From contig WFTF01000031.1 in the NCBI GenBank assembly GCA_015485575.1, positions 1 through 36,294 of the forward strand: a DNA stretch of 36,294 bases, in the 5' to 3' direction. The stretch comes from Patescibacteria group bacterium (GTDB lineage: Bacteria; Patescibacteriota; Minisyncoccia; Phycocordibacterales; UBA918). Below the pieces are notes generated by a model. That model ran no database searches, was not told the origin of the DNA, and worked only from the letters and a program-made list of their open reading frames with translations. Shown here one piece after another: positions 1-8,039 of the stretch. Within the stretch, counting starts at the first letter, position 1. Every line of letters starts with the position of its first letter. The position numbers and the translations under genes are program-made.

Positions 1-128
1 ACATTGGCAAGAGTAAAGGTAATTAAAACCAAAGCAGCCATTCCGACCATAGCGGCTGTCTGCAAACTGTGCGGGCTATAGTCATTACCCTCATGCGGTA
101 TAAAAAAGTCTTTTATTTTTTGACGCAT
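1..128 (-). CDS. N-terminal fragment (42 codons) of a membrane-anchored protein that continues beyond the left edge
   Basis: Truncated, so absent from the ORF track. The reverse-strand ATG at 128-126 reads MRQKIKDFFIPHEGNDYSPHSLQTAAMVGMAALVLITFTLAN: a basic N-terminus, then one hydrophobic helix. A consensus-like promoter lies directly upstream (140-168). Confidence 0.45.
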   Translation of the reverse strand, partial: MRQKIKDFFIPHEGNDYSPHSLQTAAMVGMAALVLITFTLAN

Positions 129-139
129 ATCTTCTTTGT

Positions 140-168
140 ATTATACCATAATTATTATGATATATCAA
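140..168 (-). promoter_or_regulatory. sigma70-type promoter TTGATA-N17-TATAAT with TGg extended -10, serving the gene that starts at 128
   Basis: Read on the reverse strand: -35 TTGATA (168-163), a 17-nt spacer ending TGG, and -10 TATAAT (145-140). Only 11 nt separate the -10 from the ATG. Confidence 0.45.
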
Positions 169-174
169 GCAAAC

Positions 175-834
175 CTATGTGGTCTGTTGTAGAACTATTT
201 CCCGTATCTCCACCAGTCTAGCATACACAATCAAGTTGTTGCTGTATCGCATTTTCCCCCTATCATACTTCCCCGAGCAGGTAATCAATCGCAAGCCTGC
301 ATACTCTATATCTCCATACACCTCTTCTGTGGGAAACGCATCTTGTGACGGAAATGACAATTTCTCAACTCTAAAAACAGCAGTGGAGCCATCGTCTCGC
401 ACTATAAAAATATCGTCTCCCGCCCGCACCTTGCGCAGATTCCATAGCACTGCCGGACCTTGGTATGAGTCCACATGTCCAAGCACCACTGCAGGACCCA
501 CCTCACCGGGGATTGGTCCGTACTTGTAGTATGCTACTGTTTGATATGAGCGCGGCACTTCAATTTCATTATTGCGCTGCAGTCCCAGTGGAGATTCAAA
601 CTCTGCATCAATATCCACTGAAGGAATATTGAGACGTACCGGTATGGGAGTACCGCTCATTGTCACATCTTGAGTAACATCAACTTCCAGAGGACCGATA
701 TCGGTAACATAAAAGGTGGACTGCACATACAAAAAGCGCATCATAAATAACGCACCAACGCTCATGCCCAACAGCCCAAACGCCAGCATGCGTAGATGCC
801 GGCGCAGGTTTCTGTACGTATATCCTCGTAACAT
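175..834 (-). CDS. sortase-family cysteine transpeptidase with one N-terminal TM anchor (class not assignable by eye)
   Basis: ORF 175-861. The sortase His/Cys/Arg contexts are visible: VVLGHVDSY, LRLITCSGKY (TLxTC-like) and NLIVYARL. The hydrophobic anchor is LAFGLLGMSVGALFMM. I placed the start at Met10 (834), 5 nt after the stop of the upstream substrate gene. The ATG at 861 would overlap that gene by 23 nt. Confidence 0.85.
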   Translation of the reverse strand: MLRGYTYRNLRRHLRMLAFGLLGMSVGALFMMRFLYVQSTFYVTDIGPLEVDVTQDVTMSGTPIPVRLNIPSVDIDAEFESPLGLQRNNEIEVPRSYQTVAYYKYGPIPGEVGPAVVLGHVDSYQGPAVLWNLRKVRAGDDIFIVRDDGSTAVFRVEKLSFPSQDAFPTEEVYGDIEYAGLRLITCSGKYDRGKMRYSNNLIVYARLVEIREIVLQQTT

Positions 835-838
835 GTCC

Positions 839-2299
839 TTACACTGATTTGCGTGTTGCAAAAATCACAACCAAACTCAAGAGTAGTATTGCCACCCAGA
901 AGAAAGCAAGATCACGTTGCGTTGTTGCTCCCCCAAAGCCGGTGTTGGGAGCGCCCGCAGGAACAATACTCACTTGCTCTCCCAAAACCCGTGGAATTGG
1001 TTGCGGTGTTTGCGGAGCGGCACCGCCTCCGCCAGCCTGTACTGTCGGTACATCACGATTTATCCTCCTTCCTTGTCCGCCTCCGGAACTTGCCTTGGTT
1101 TGCACTTTTACCGTACACACTGCGGTACTACCTGCATTGTCGGCGGTCAGTGTGTATGCACTACTCCCTTGTACTACGACCGTGGTCGTGCCTGATGTGG
1201 CAACGGTGCCAATTCCGTTGTCAATCGTCACCGTGTTCGCGTCAGCTGTACTCCAGGTGAGCATGACCGTATCACCAGGATTTACCACACTGCGGCTTGC
1301 GTCAAAAGTGCAACTTGGGGTTTGCGATACCGGTGCGGGTGCGCCAACAAATACATTACCGAAATTATAAGGACCCCCCGACACGGGAGTCTGTGCTTGT
1401 GCCACCTTTACAAACAGCGAGAGGGGGAAGAATGCCGCCAACGGCTGGTCAGTAAAATCATCCGGTACGGTGATTACATACGTAGTTGGTGTTGGATATA
1501 CCTGCTTCCACCCTTCTTCAAGTACCTCAGAGAGTGTCCATACACCCTCAGTCACCTCAAAAGAAAAGTATCCCGACGCATCGCTTTGTGTTTGGAGCGT
1601 AGTAGTTCCATTAACCAATTGCAGTTCCCATCCTTCCAAAAACTCCTCATCCTCATCTATCCGTCCGTTTTCATTTGCATCATGCCACACATAGCCGTCA
1701 ATCAAATACACCGGAGCCGGAACAGTATAGACACATGATCCATCGTCTTCTGTTGCCAACATGTCGTAATTGTCCGCTTCAACATCGGTGCACCCGTATA
1801 CCGGTGTCGGCGGAGGAGGTGTTAACGGACGCCACTGGTTGTTGGCGTCACACACATTTGCCGATGTGTCATCTGCAGTGACGGTCATAGTGGTGGACAT
1901 ACCGGTTGGTGTATTGTCACAACCGTATCCCGACCACTTTACCGTCCAGTCTGCAGGCACAAAACCCGGTGGCCCCATTTCCGTCAGTGTGTAATCACCC
2001 TCCGGCAACATAATGCTGCCCATAGCGGTATCGGGGGTAAAGGGGCTTAAGGTGACCAGCTCATCGTAGCCATTACCCACCACCGAAAACGAAAACTGAT
2101 CAGCAGTATAGCCGTCTGGTTGAATGTTGTCGCTTATGTTTTTTGTCAGTATAAACGCATAGGTACTGACGGTGTTTGTCGCGGTATCTTCAGCATACGC
2201 GTACGGCAAAAAGGAGAAAAACATCGCAAAAAAACTGACGCATACAAAAGCAGCAATACTCAGAACAACTATATTGAAACGTGGTATATCTAAAGTCAT
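839..2299 (-). CDS. secreted surface protein with a C-terminal sortase sorting signal (APNTG, TM helix, basic tail) and Ig-like/Cna-B-like domains
   Basis: Signal peptide ending FLPYAYA/EDTA. GDYTLTEMGPPGF is a Cna-B/SpaA-type motif. There is a Cys-bounded CTDVEADNYDMLATEDDGSC motif. IDGYVWHDANENGRIDEDEEFLEGW is an SdrD B-like repeat signature. The C-terminus is VPAGAPNTGFGGATTQRDLAFFWVAILLLSLVVIFATRKSV. Confidence 0.85.
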   Translation of the reverse strand: MTLDIPRFNIVVLSIAAFVCVSFFAMFFSFLPYAYAEDTATNTVSTYAFILTKNISDNIQPDGYTADQFSFSVVGNGYDELVTLSPFTPDTAMGSIMLPEGDYTLTEMGPPGFVPADWTVKWSGYGCDNTPTGMSTTMTVTADDTSANVCDANNQWRPLTPPPPTPVYGCTDVEADNYDMLATEDDGSCVYTVPAPVYLIDGYVWHDANENGRIDEDEEFLEGWELQLVNGTTTLQTQSDASGYFSFEVTEGVWTLSEVLEEGWKQVYPTPTTYVITVPDDFTDQPLAAFFPLSLFVKVAQAQTPVSGGPYNFGNVFVGAPAPVSQTPSCTFDASRSVVNPGDTVMLTWSTADANTVTIDNGIGTVATSGTTTVVVQGSSAYTLTADNAGSTAVCTVKVQTKASSGGGQGRRINRDVPTVQAGGGGAAPQTPQPIPRVLGEQVSIVPAGAPNTGFGGATTQRDLAFFWVAILLLSLVVIFATRKSV

Positions 2300-2427
2300 A
2301 CAATAACGAAACTAGCAATGCTTATAAACGTTTTGATTCTAGTGGCACATCCGCACCTTCTGCTCTACGCACCATACACCAGCTGCTGCAGCAGAACAAT
2401 TGACAAACAACGGCAATATGTCCTGTT

Positions 2428-5400
2428 TTAGCGGAAAAAGCCAAACACCTTTTTAACAAATCCACCCAAGAAACCTTTTTTCTTCTGCGGAGCAGGCTTG
2501 TCTTCCGGTACTGTCTCCTGTTCCGGCTCAGGTTGTGACTCTTCCTGCTGTACCTCTTCCTGCAATGGTGACTTGGAAACAGCTGGTGCTGTCGGAGCAC
2601 TCACCACCTTTGGTTTGGTATACGGCACAACAGCCGGCGCGGGCGGTGTCACAGAAGTTGTCTGAGGTTTGGAGGTGGATACACCGGCAACACGCGGTGC
2701 GGCGTAACCCGCAAGTGTCAACGTGCGTACACGACTTGGCACCGTAAAGGTGTAGTCACCACCAAAGGCAATGTTCTCTTCATCGTTGGCGCGTATACGA
2801 TAGGTGTAGACGACCCCTTCTTGTAATCCCGTAATAATCATGAGATGTTTTGTTTTTTTATCTTGGAACATGAAGCTCTTTTGCGCATAGCCAAAGTTTG
2901 GTTTGGTTACGTTAAACGGTGTGGAAGTTGCCCCTCCATACAGAGGGCTGTAGTACACGCGAGCTGTAGACGAGGTAGACGTTTCCCATGTGACCAACGC
3001 CGAAATTTTACCGTCTGCTCCCGGGAAGTATGCCAACACACCCACATTTCCCACAGCAAGAGCCACTCCTTCAATCACAATGGTATGTACCGCATCATCC
3101 AGTTTCAGTGGTCTACCACCTTGCGCTTTGGTGGTGGAACTGCGGTATGCCTCTATACGGGCGGTGTTGGTGTAGCGACCGCTTGGTGTTTTGATATCGT
3201 ATGCGGTAGTGTAGCTGAGCGTAATCTCCTCCCCGGGGAGAATGGTGCCCAAGTCCCACGACTGCTCACTGATTACAGCACCGATTGGGTTACGCAATGT
3301 GTCATAGACGACCGCATCATACGCCGCACCACCTCCGTTGCGTACTTTAATGGTGTAGTCCACAAACTCGCCCGCCTTAATAATTCTGCTGCGGGGCACA
3401 TCCGCTTCCTTAGTAATGAATAACAGTGGTGCCGCGTCCGGATCAACCTCTTTGGTATACCTGTCTATACTTTTTGTTTTTGCACGACTACCACCTCCTC
3501 CACCTCCTCCGGAGTTGCCGGCGACAGGCGTTGTATTTGTGGCTTCTTCTGTGTCTTCTGTGCTATTCGGGTCCCGAGTGGCAGTATCATCCTGTGGCGT
3601 ATTGGAAACAGTGTTTGGATCTTCAAACACAAGCGTAAACGTCAAGAGTGACGAGTTGTCCGATTCGTTGTTGTCGCTTTCGTCGCTCTGAACTGACGCA
3701 ATGGCCATGACGGTACTGCTGCCATACGGCAGGTCATCGTTTACCACCGCTTGCAATGTATGTGTCACCGAAGCACCGGGTGCAATGGACCCCAGTGGTA
3801 CAGTTTGCTGCGTTGCGTTGTTACCGCCTCGTGCATTTTGCAGTGTCTGCCGCAAGGTAACATTTTGTGCGGGCGTATCACTGTTGTTGGTGATGGTGTA
3901 TTGGTATGAAACTAAGTCACCGGGTTGTAGTGCGGATACATCCTCAACAATGGTACCGGTCAGAGATAAATCCGTCTGTGCGAAGGTTACATTACCATCA
4001 AAGTCACCAAACACGTTGATAACTGCCAGCGTCCAGTTGGTACCGATCACGTTTGTGTTGACTATATTGAGTACGTTGGCACTTGCATAAGCGTCCCCCG
4101 TTTTAATGGAACCCACCAACCCATCAATGCTATTCTCACCGGTCACCGCGTCAATGGAAACGTCGTTGGTAACCGTTGCTGTATTCGTATCGGTGATATA
4201 TGCACTATAGGAATCAACATCGTACGGCAGCAGTGTGGACGGCACAATTTCTGCGTCTTCGTTGTAGATAAGAATACCGTCGGGAGTCCACTGCCATGTA
4301 AGTCCGTCCGGAAGCCCGATTACATCCCCACTCCAAACGCCGTGCACGCGTATGAGCAAGTAAAAAGAGTCCCCTCCGTAGATGTTGGTGTTGACCCTGT
4401 TTACCACATTTGACTCCGACTCACCGGCTCCGGTTTGGATGTCGGAATCAAACTGAGTAGTGGCAGTATTGAGCCCCGTTTCAGCATAGGTTTCCAGATT
4501 ATTTTCCACCACCCCGTCGTTGCTATTGTTGATGGAAATGGTCACCTCCTCCGCGTTTTCGGTCTGTGTCATACCATTTGGACGTCCGAAAAATGCCTTG
4601 AACAACTCTTCGGTAGGCAGCATGAGATCACCAGATAGGTCACCCATGGCGTTTAAAGCAAGCAGGCGATAGTTGGAGTCTATGATATTTGCATTTACGA
4701 CATTGATTATATTCGCCCCACCGTATGCATTGCCCGTTTCAATACTTGCGTAATCACCCTCTGCCGTATTTTCTCCGGTTATCGCTTTTATGGTCGCGGT
4801 GTTGGTCACAACCGCATCGTTATCTTGGGACAAATTATAGATAATGTCTTCGGACATGCAGGAAAGTAGAGTACAATCGTCTGCCAATGCTTTTGTTTGC
4901 TCGGGGTTCGGGAAAAAGAAGTTACGCAAGTCCAAGGACTCTCCGGGTACCACCTCAGTATTCCTCAAATAGAGAAAGCCATCCGAGTTCACTATGTTGG
5001 AATTGACAACATTTGCAACGTTCAAGGCGGAAAAGGCGTCCCCTGTGTATATTTCAGAGGCACTGGTAGAAAGAGCGGTATTGTCACCGGTATTGGAAAG
5101 AATAGTACCCGAGGTATCCACCACTGCCTCATTCGTACCTGTTGCACTAAATGTATAGGTATCCAAGTCTCTGTTGGGATCGCCGGTATTGATACTTTTG
5201 AGATTGCTTGCGTTTACGTCGGTATCAACCTCTCCTTTAGCTTGCGCATCGCCGGTATCTATTCGTGTATTGCGACCGGTGCGAGCAATACCTCCCGTAC
5301 TGTCTTCCGGATTGTCCTCAACGGCACTGTCTCCTATATCGTTTTCGGTTTTGACCGGCAATGGACTTTTACTCGGAGCTTCTCCATCTGCTCCCGGGCT

Positions 5401-6009
5401 ACCCGTTGTGCCCTGTGTGCCATCGGAACCGGCTTCCTTTTTGGTTCCATCTTCCCCAGTGTCACCTTCCCCTGTTACAGGCGTACTACTTGCTGTTTGT
5501 GCCGTGCTACTTGCGGTCTGCCCATCGGCGGCATCACCCTGCCCGTTGCTACCATCTGAGCCGACATCCGTACTAGGTGCAGTGCTACCGTCTGTACCAC
5601 TATCCGTATCCCCTCCAGGCATCCCATTGTCAGATGTGCTCGCGGTGTCACTGTCAGAGGCAGTTGTGACGGGTGTATCAGTATCGCCAGTGCCGGTGTC
5701 TGTGTTTGTATTTTGTATGTCATTCTGCTGTTGCGTTGTCGGCACATCTTGGGCTGTACTACTTGCGCTGGTGTCCGCATGAGACTCTTGCGTATCCTCT
5801 TCGTTTGGTGATGTGTCAGGGGAGCCATCGTTCAATGCAGAGGTGGTGGCATCAGTGGAGCTGGCGGTCGTGGGAGCAGTATCTGTCGTCGTATCGTTCT
5901 GGGCAAAAGCAAGCTGCGGAGGTTGTGTGGAGAAAACCAAAACCACCATTACCATGACGCTGACTGTTGCGCGTGCAATGTGTGTTACTTTAGAGTGAAA
6001 TACCCACAT
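2428..6009 (-). CDS. giant (1193 aa) secreted multidomain surface protein
   Basis: Signal peptide VMVMVVLVFSTQPPQLAFA/QND, then ~200 aa of T/S/D/G-rich low complexity and five TG..TGDA modules (aa ~241-656). Two DUF11/CARDB-like domains follow (LVSYQYTITNNSDTPAQNVTL and FVDYTIKVRNGGGAAYDAVVYDTL). After a poly-Gly linker (GGGGGGG) comes an FN3-like domain (VVYTYRIRANDEENIAFGGDYTFTV), then a Pro-rich linker and a basic amphipathic tail KKKGFLGGFVKKVFGFFR. This is the longest ORF in the window, with many spurious antisense ORFs inside it. Confidence 0.9.
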   Translation of the reverse strand: MWVFHSKVTHIARATVSVMVMVVLVFSTQPPQLAFAQNDTTTDTAPTTASSTDATTSALNDGSPDTSPNEEDTQESHADTSASSTAQDVPTTQQQNDIQNTNTDTGTGDTDTPVTTASDSDTASTSDNGMPGGDTDSGTDGSTAPSTDVGSDGSNGQGDAADGQTASSTAQTASSTPVTGEGDTGEDGTKKEAGSDGTQGTTGSPGADGEAPSKSPLPVKTENDIGDSAVEDNPEDSTGGIARTGRNTRIDTGDAQAKGEVDTDVNASNLKSINTGDPNRDLDTYTFSATGTNEAVVDTSGTILSNTGDNTALSTSASEIYTGDAFSALNVANVVNSNIVNSDGFLYLRNTEVVPGESLDLRNFFFPNPEQTKALADDCTLLSCMSEDIIYNLSQDNDAVVTNTATIKAITGENTAEGDYASIETGNAYGGANIINVVNANIIDSNYRLLALNAMGDLSGDLMLPTEELFKAFFGRPNGMTQTENAEEVTISINNSNDGVVENNLETYAETGLNTATTQFDSDIQTGAGESESNVVNRVNTNIYGGDSFYLLIRVHGVWSGDVIGLPDGLTWQWTPDGILIYNEDAEIVPSTLLPYDVDSYSAYITDTNTATVTNDVSIDAVTGENSIDGLVGSIKTGDAYASANVLNIVNTNVIGTNWTLAVINVFGDFDGNVTFAQTDLSLTGTIVEDVSALQPGDLVSYQYTITNNSDTPAQNVTLRQTLQNARGGNNATQQTVPLGSIAPGASVTHTLQAVVNDDLPYGSSTVMAIASVQSDESDNNESDNSSLLTFTLVFEDPNTVSNTPQDDTATRDPNSTEDTEEATNTTPVAGNSGGGGGGGSRAKTKSIDRYTKEVDPDAAPLLFITKEADVPRSRIIKAGEFVDYTIKVRNGGGAAYDAVVYDTLRNPIGAVISEQSWDLGTILPGEEITLSYTTAYDIKTPSGRYTNTARIEAYRSSTTKAQGGRPLKLDDAVHTIVIEGVALAVGNVGVLAYFPGADGKISALVTWETSTSSTARVYYSPLYGGATSTPFNVTKPNFGYAQKSFMFQDKKTKHLMIITGLQEGVVYTYRIRANDEENIAFGGDYTFTVPSRVRTLTLAGYAAPRVAGVSTSKPQTTSVTPPAPAVVPYTKPKVVSAPTAPAVSKSPLQEEVQQEESQPEPEQETVPEDKPAPQKKKGFLGGFVKKVFGFFR
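4042..5289 (-). repeat. five protein-level copies of the bipartite module TG-x-N-[ST] ... TG-[DN]-A-x-[AS]-x-[AS]-N-[VI]-x-N-x-VN-x-N-[IV] inside the 1193-aa gene
   Basis: ARTGRNTRIDTGDAQAKGEVDTDVNASNL; SNTGDNTALSTSASEIYTGDAFSALNVANVVNSNIV; AITGENTAEGDYASIETGNAYGGANIINVVNANII; AETGLNTATTQFDSDIQTGAGESESNVVNRVNTNIY; AVTGENSIDGLVGSIKTGDAYASANVLNIVNTNVI. Confidence 0.8.
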
Positions 6010-6520
6010 AGGAAGTTAAAATTAAACGAATAGAATAAAGAGCTTGTATGATCTCACGAAAACGTACAAGTGCCTCCTGGCTTTCAGTAATGTCCTCCAC
6101 ATTCGCGACTCCCCGTACCGCCTGAGACTGCGGAAGCGATGTGGTCGCACCGCTGAGGGGCCGCATACTGTCCCACGCTGCCTCTGTACTACTGCTGAAC
6201 GTACTGATCAGTACACTTGCATCGTCAGTGGTGCCACCTACATACTTACGCGACACGGCATCTCCCATGCGCACCACAGAAAACCCACCGCTTGCTCCCG
6301 ACACACCGTCTGCACCGTCCGTCCCGCGTGCACCGTTGCGAGCACTACTCACTTCAACAGCAGACTTGCCTCCCGTAGTGACCGTATTGGTGATGATTGT
6401 CACCGTGGACACACGGTCGGTTGCTACTGCGGAGTCGGACGCGAAAACTAAATTCACTGTACTAAAAGCAAACATAAAGACAATTGACATTGGTAGTACT
6501 TTGTCGTGTATCAAGTGCAT
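5990..6520 (-). CDS. small secreted protein, a weak paralogue of the neighbouring Gly-rich protein
   Basis: ORF 5990-6553. The Met at 6520 gives MHLIHDKVLPMSIVFMFAFSTVNLVFA/SDS, a plausible signal peptide (alternative start 6490). The ATG at 6553 lies inside a conserved upstream hairpin. TTGGKSAVEVSSARNGARGTDGADGVSGASGG...RMGDAVS resembles the SNTGGNTSRGARGGRGG...TGEAVS layout of the 366-aa protein. The 3' end overlaps the start of the 1193-aa gene by 20 nt. Confidence 0.6.
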   Translation of the reverse strand: MHLIHDKVLPMSIVFMFAFSTVNLVFASDSAVATDRVSTVTIITNTVTTGGKSAVEVSSARNGARGTDGADGVSGASGGFSVVRMGDAVSRKYVGGTTDDASVLISTFSSSTEAAWDSMRPLSGATTSLPQSQAVRGVANVEDITESQEALVRFREIIQALYSIRLILTSYVGISL

Positions 6521-6643
6521 ACCCTCTTCGTAAAGTCTGGAACCCACTTCCAAACCTTACGGGAAGGTTCCTCGGTGCGACATACCGAGAAACATAATCC
6601 CGTACATTGGCGCGTCCTGCGCGCTCAATGCGACGTCAGTGTA

Positions 6644-7744
6644 TTAGCGACGTACCACACGTGTAACGTTGCGGTTTACCACATTGGTTACCTCGCTCCA
6701 AGCATCTGCACGTCCGGTGCGTACGGTTCCACCGTCACCACCGTCACCTGCGTTCCCTCCTGAAGCTCCGGTACCGGTATTACCACCAGCTCCGGCGTCA
6801 CCGCTGTCACCGCCGGCACCACCCTCTCCGGTTGTGCCGCCATGACCGCCGTTGCCGCCATTGCCGCCGTTTTGTGCGGCGTCAGAACCGTCAACGTCAC
6901 CATTGGCGTTACCTCCGTCTCCGGCATCACCGCCGTCGCCGGCACCTTGGGTGTCACCGCCCGGTGCGACGTTCACACTGGAACCGCCGTCACCTGCATC
7001 GTCGCCACCGTCGCCGCCATTGCCGCCGCGTCCGCCGTCATCACCTTCTGATTCGTTATCTCCGGTGTTTGCACCTGACGCGACAAGGGTACCCACTTCA
7101 GCACCATTTGCATTTGCAACAACGGCTTCGGTTTCGTCAAGATCCGCGTCTCCCGCGTCACGAACAACGGTAGTTTCGTTGTTGTTTACGTCGTTAGACA
7201 CTTTTGCGGTTGAAACGGCCTCGCCGGTTTCAATGGTTCCACCATCGCCACCGTCGCCGGCATCACCACCGTGACCACCAGCGCCGGTACTACCGCCGGC
7301 ACCTCCTGTTCCGGAGTCACCGCCGTCTCCGCCGTCGCCGGTGTTACCACCGCGTCCGCCGGTACCACCGTTGCCGGCACTTTGTGTACCGTCAACTTCA
7401 TCGTTACCGACTGATCGAGCGTTCCCACCATCGCCACCATAGCCGCCGTCACCGGCTCCTTGAGTGCTGCCTCCTGGTGCGAAGTTCACGCTTGAACCAC
7501 CATCACCTGCGTGGTCTCCACCGTCGCCGCCATTACCGCCGCGTCCGCCGCGGGCACCGCGGGAGGTGTTACCACCGGTGTTAGACTCTGAAACAGCTGC
7601 GGTTATAACAACAGCGCTGTTTTCATTGACAACCAGTACTGAGTCATCTTCATGTGCCGCTGCCGGTAGTGCAAAAAATGCAAACGCCATGGCAGGCAAT
7701 AAAGCAACTGCGGTTGTCTTTTGTATTGTTGTAATTGTCTTCAT
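6644..7744 (-). CDS. secreted Gly/Asp/Asn-rich repeat protein (366 aa)
   Basis: Signal peptide AVALLPAMAFAFFALPAAA/HEDD. Two ~158-aa units are each built from runs of GGDGG/GGNGG/GGRGG/GGTGG/GGAGG, flanked by NTG-x-N-x-S and x-TG-x-A...V-x-N-x-VN-x-N half-modules. The coding strand is strongly G-rich, which creates many spurious overlapping ORFs in other frames. Confidence 0.8.
   Translation of the reverse strand: MKTITTIQKTTAVALLPAMAFAFFALPAAAHEDDSVLVVNENSAVVITAAVSESNTGGNTSRGARGGRGGNGGDGGDHAGDGGSSVNFAPGGSTQGAGDGGYGGDGGNARSVGNDEVDGTQSAGNGGTGGRGGNTGDGGDGGDSGTGGAGGSTGAGGHGGDAGDGGDGGTIETGEAVSTAKVSNDVNNNETTVVRDAGDADLDETEAVVANANGAEVGTLVASGANTGDNESEGDDGGRGGNGGDGGDDAGDGGSSVNVAPGGDTQGAGDGGDAGDGGNANGDVDGSDAAQNGGNGGNGGHGGTTGEGGAGGDSGDAGAGGNTGTGASGGNAGDGGDGGTVRTGRADAWSEVTNVVNRNVTRVVRR
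6653..7636 (-). repeat. internal tandem duplication of the 366-aa gene (units about 7163-7636 and 6653-7126)
   Basis: GGRGGNGGDGGDHAGDGGSSVNFAPGGSTQGAGDGGYGGDGGNA aligns with GGRGGNGGDGGDDAGDGGSSVNVAPGGDTQGAGDGGDAGDGGNA. The DNA copies are clearly related but diverged, e.g. 7441-7560 against 6931-7050. Confidence 0.75.
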
Positions 7745-7959
7745 ACAGTGTTTTAAATTTGTTAATGATTTTTAATATGTGCATGAGAAAGGGTTTCTCA
7801 TATGCCCCCTGATCTGGTCTGTAAAACCCTACGGGAGGGAAACTATCGACCCGTTGAATTGCACTGGTATCAGTACAATTCACGTACAGCCGGACATCTC
7901 AGATATCCGGTTGTATGTGTACTCTACTGCAATGCGATCCGGAGATATTCGGGCATGCA

Positions 7960-7997
7960 AAAAGCCGCTTTTTTATACTAGGAAAAAAGCGGCTTTT
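7960..7997 (-). terminator. intrinsic terminator-like hairpin (15-bp stem, symmetric A/T flanks) inside the leader of the surface-protein operon
   Basis: AAAAGCCGCTTTTTT (7960-7974) pairs perfectly with AAAAAAGCGGCTTTT (7983-7997) across an 8-nt loop. On the reverse strand the stem is followed by a U-tract (GCGGCTTTTTGCATG). Confidence 0.5.
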
Positions 7998-8039
7998 GCG
8001 AGTTCTGAGTTTTGGATGTAGTAAGATGGGTACAATTTT

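Noticed and set aside
2322-2600. A 92-aa reverse-strand ORF at the 3' end of the giant gene
   Set aside because: It is out of frame and overlaps the 1193-aa gene. It is Arg/Cys/Ser-rich and has no independent signals.
6644-7744. The repetitive G/C-skewed DNA could be a CRISPR-like array or a diversity-generating retroelement variable/template repeat pair
   Set aside because: The repeats are in frame inside one long ORF with a signal peptide. There are no unique spacers, and no reverse transcriptase or cas gene in the window. The differences between the two units are not restricted to adenine positions.
849-7775. Dozens of forward-strand and alternative-frame ORFs (60-220 aa) overlapping the surface-protein genes
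   Set aside because: They are all antisense or out of frame within long, well-supported reverse-strand genes. They are Pro/Arg/Cys/Ser-rich low complexity generated by the compositional bias, with no start signals.
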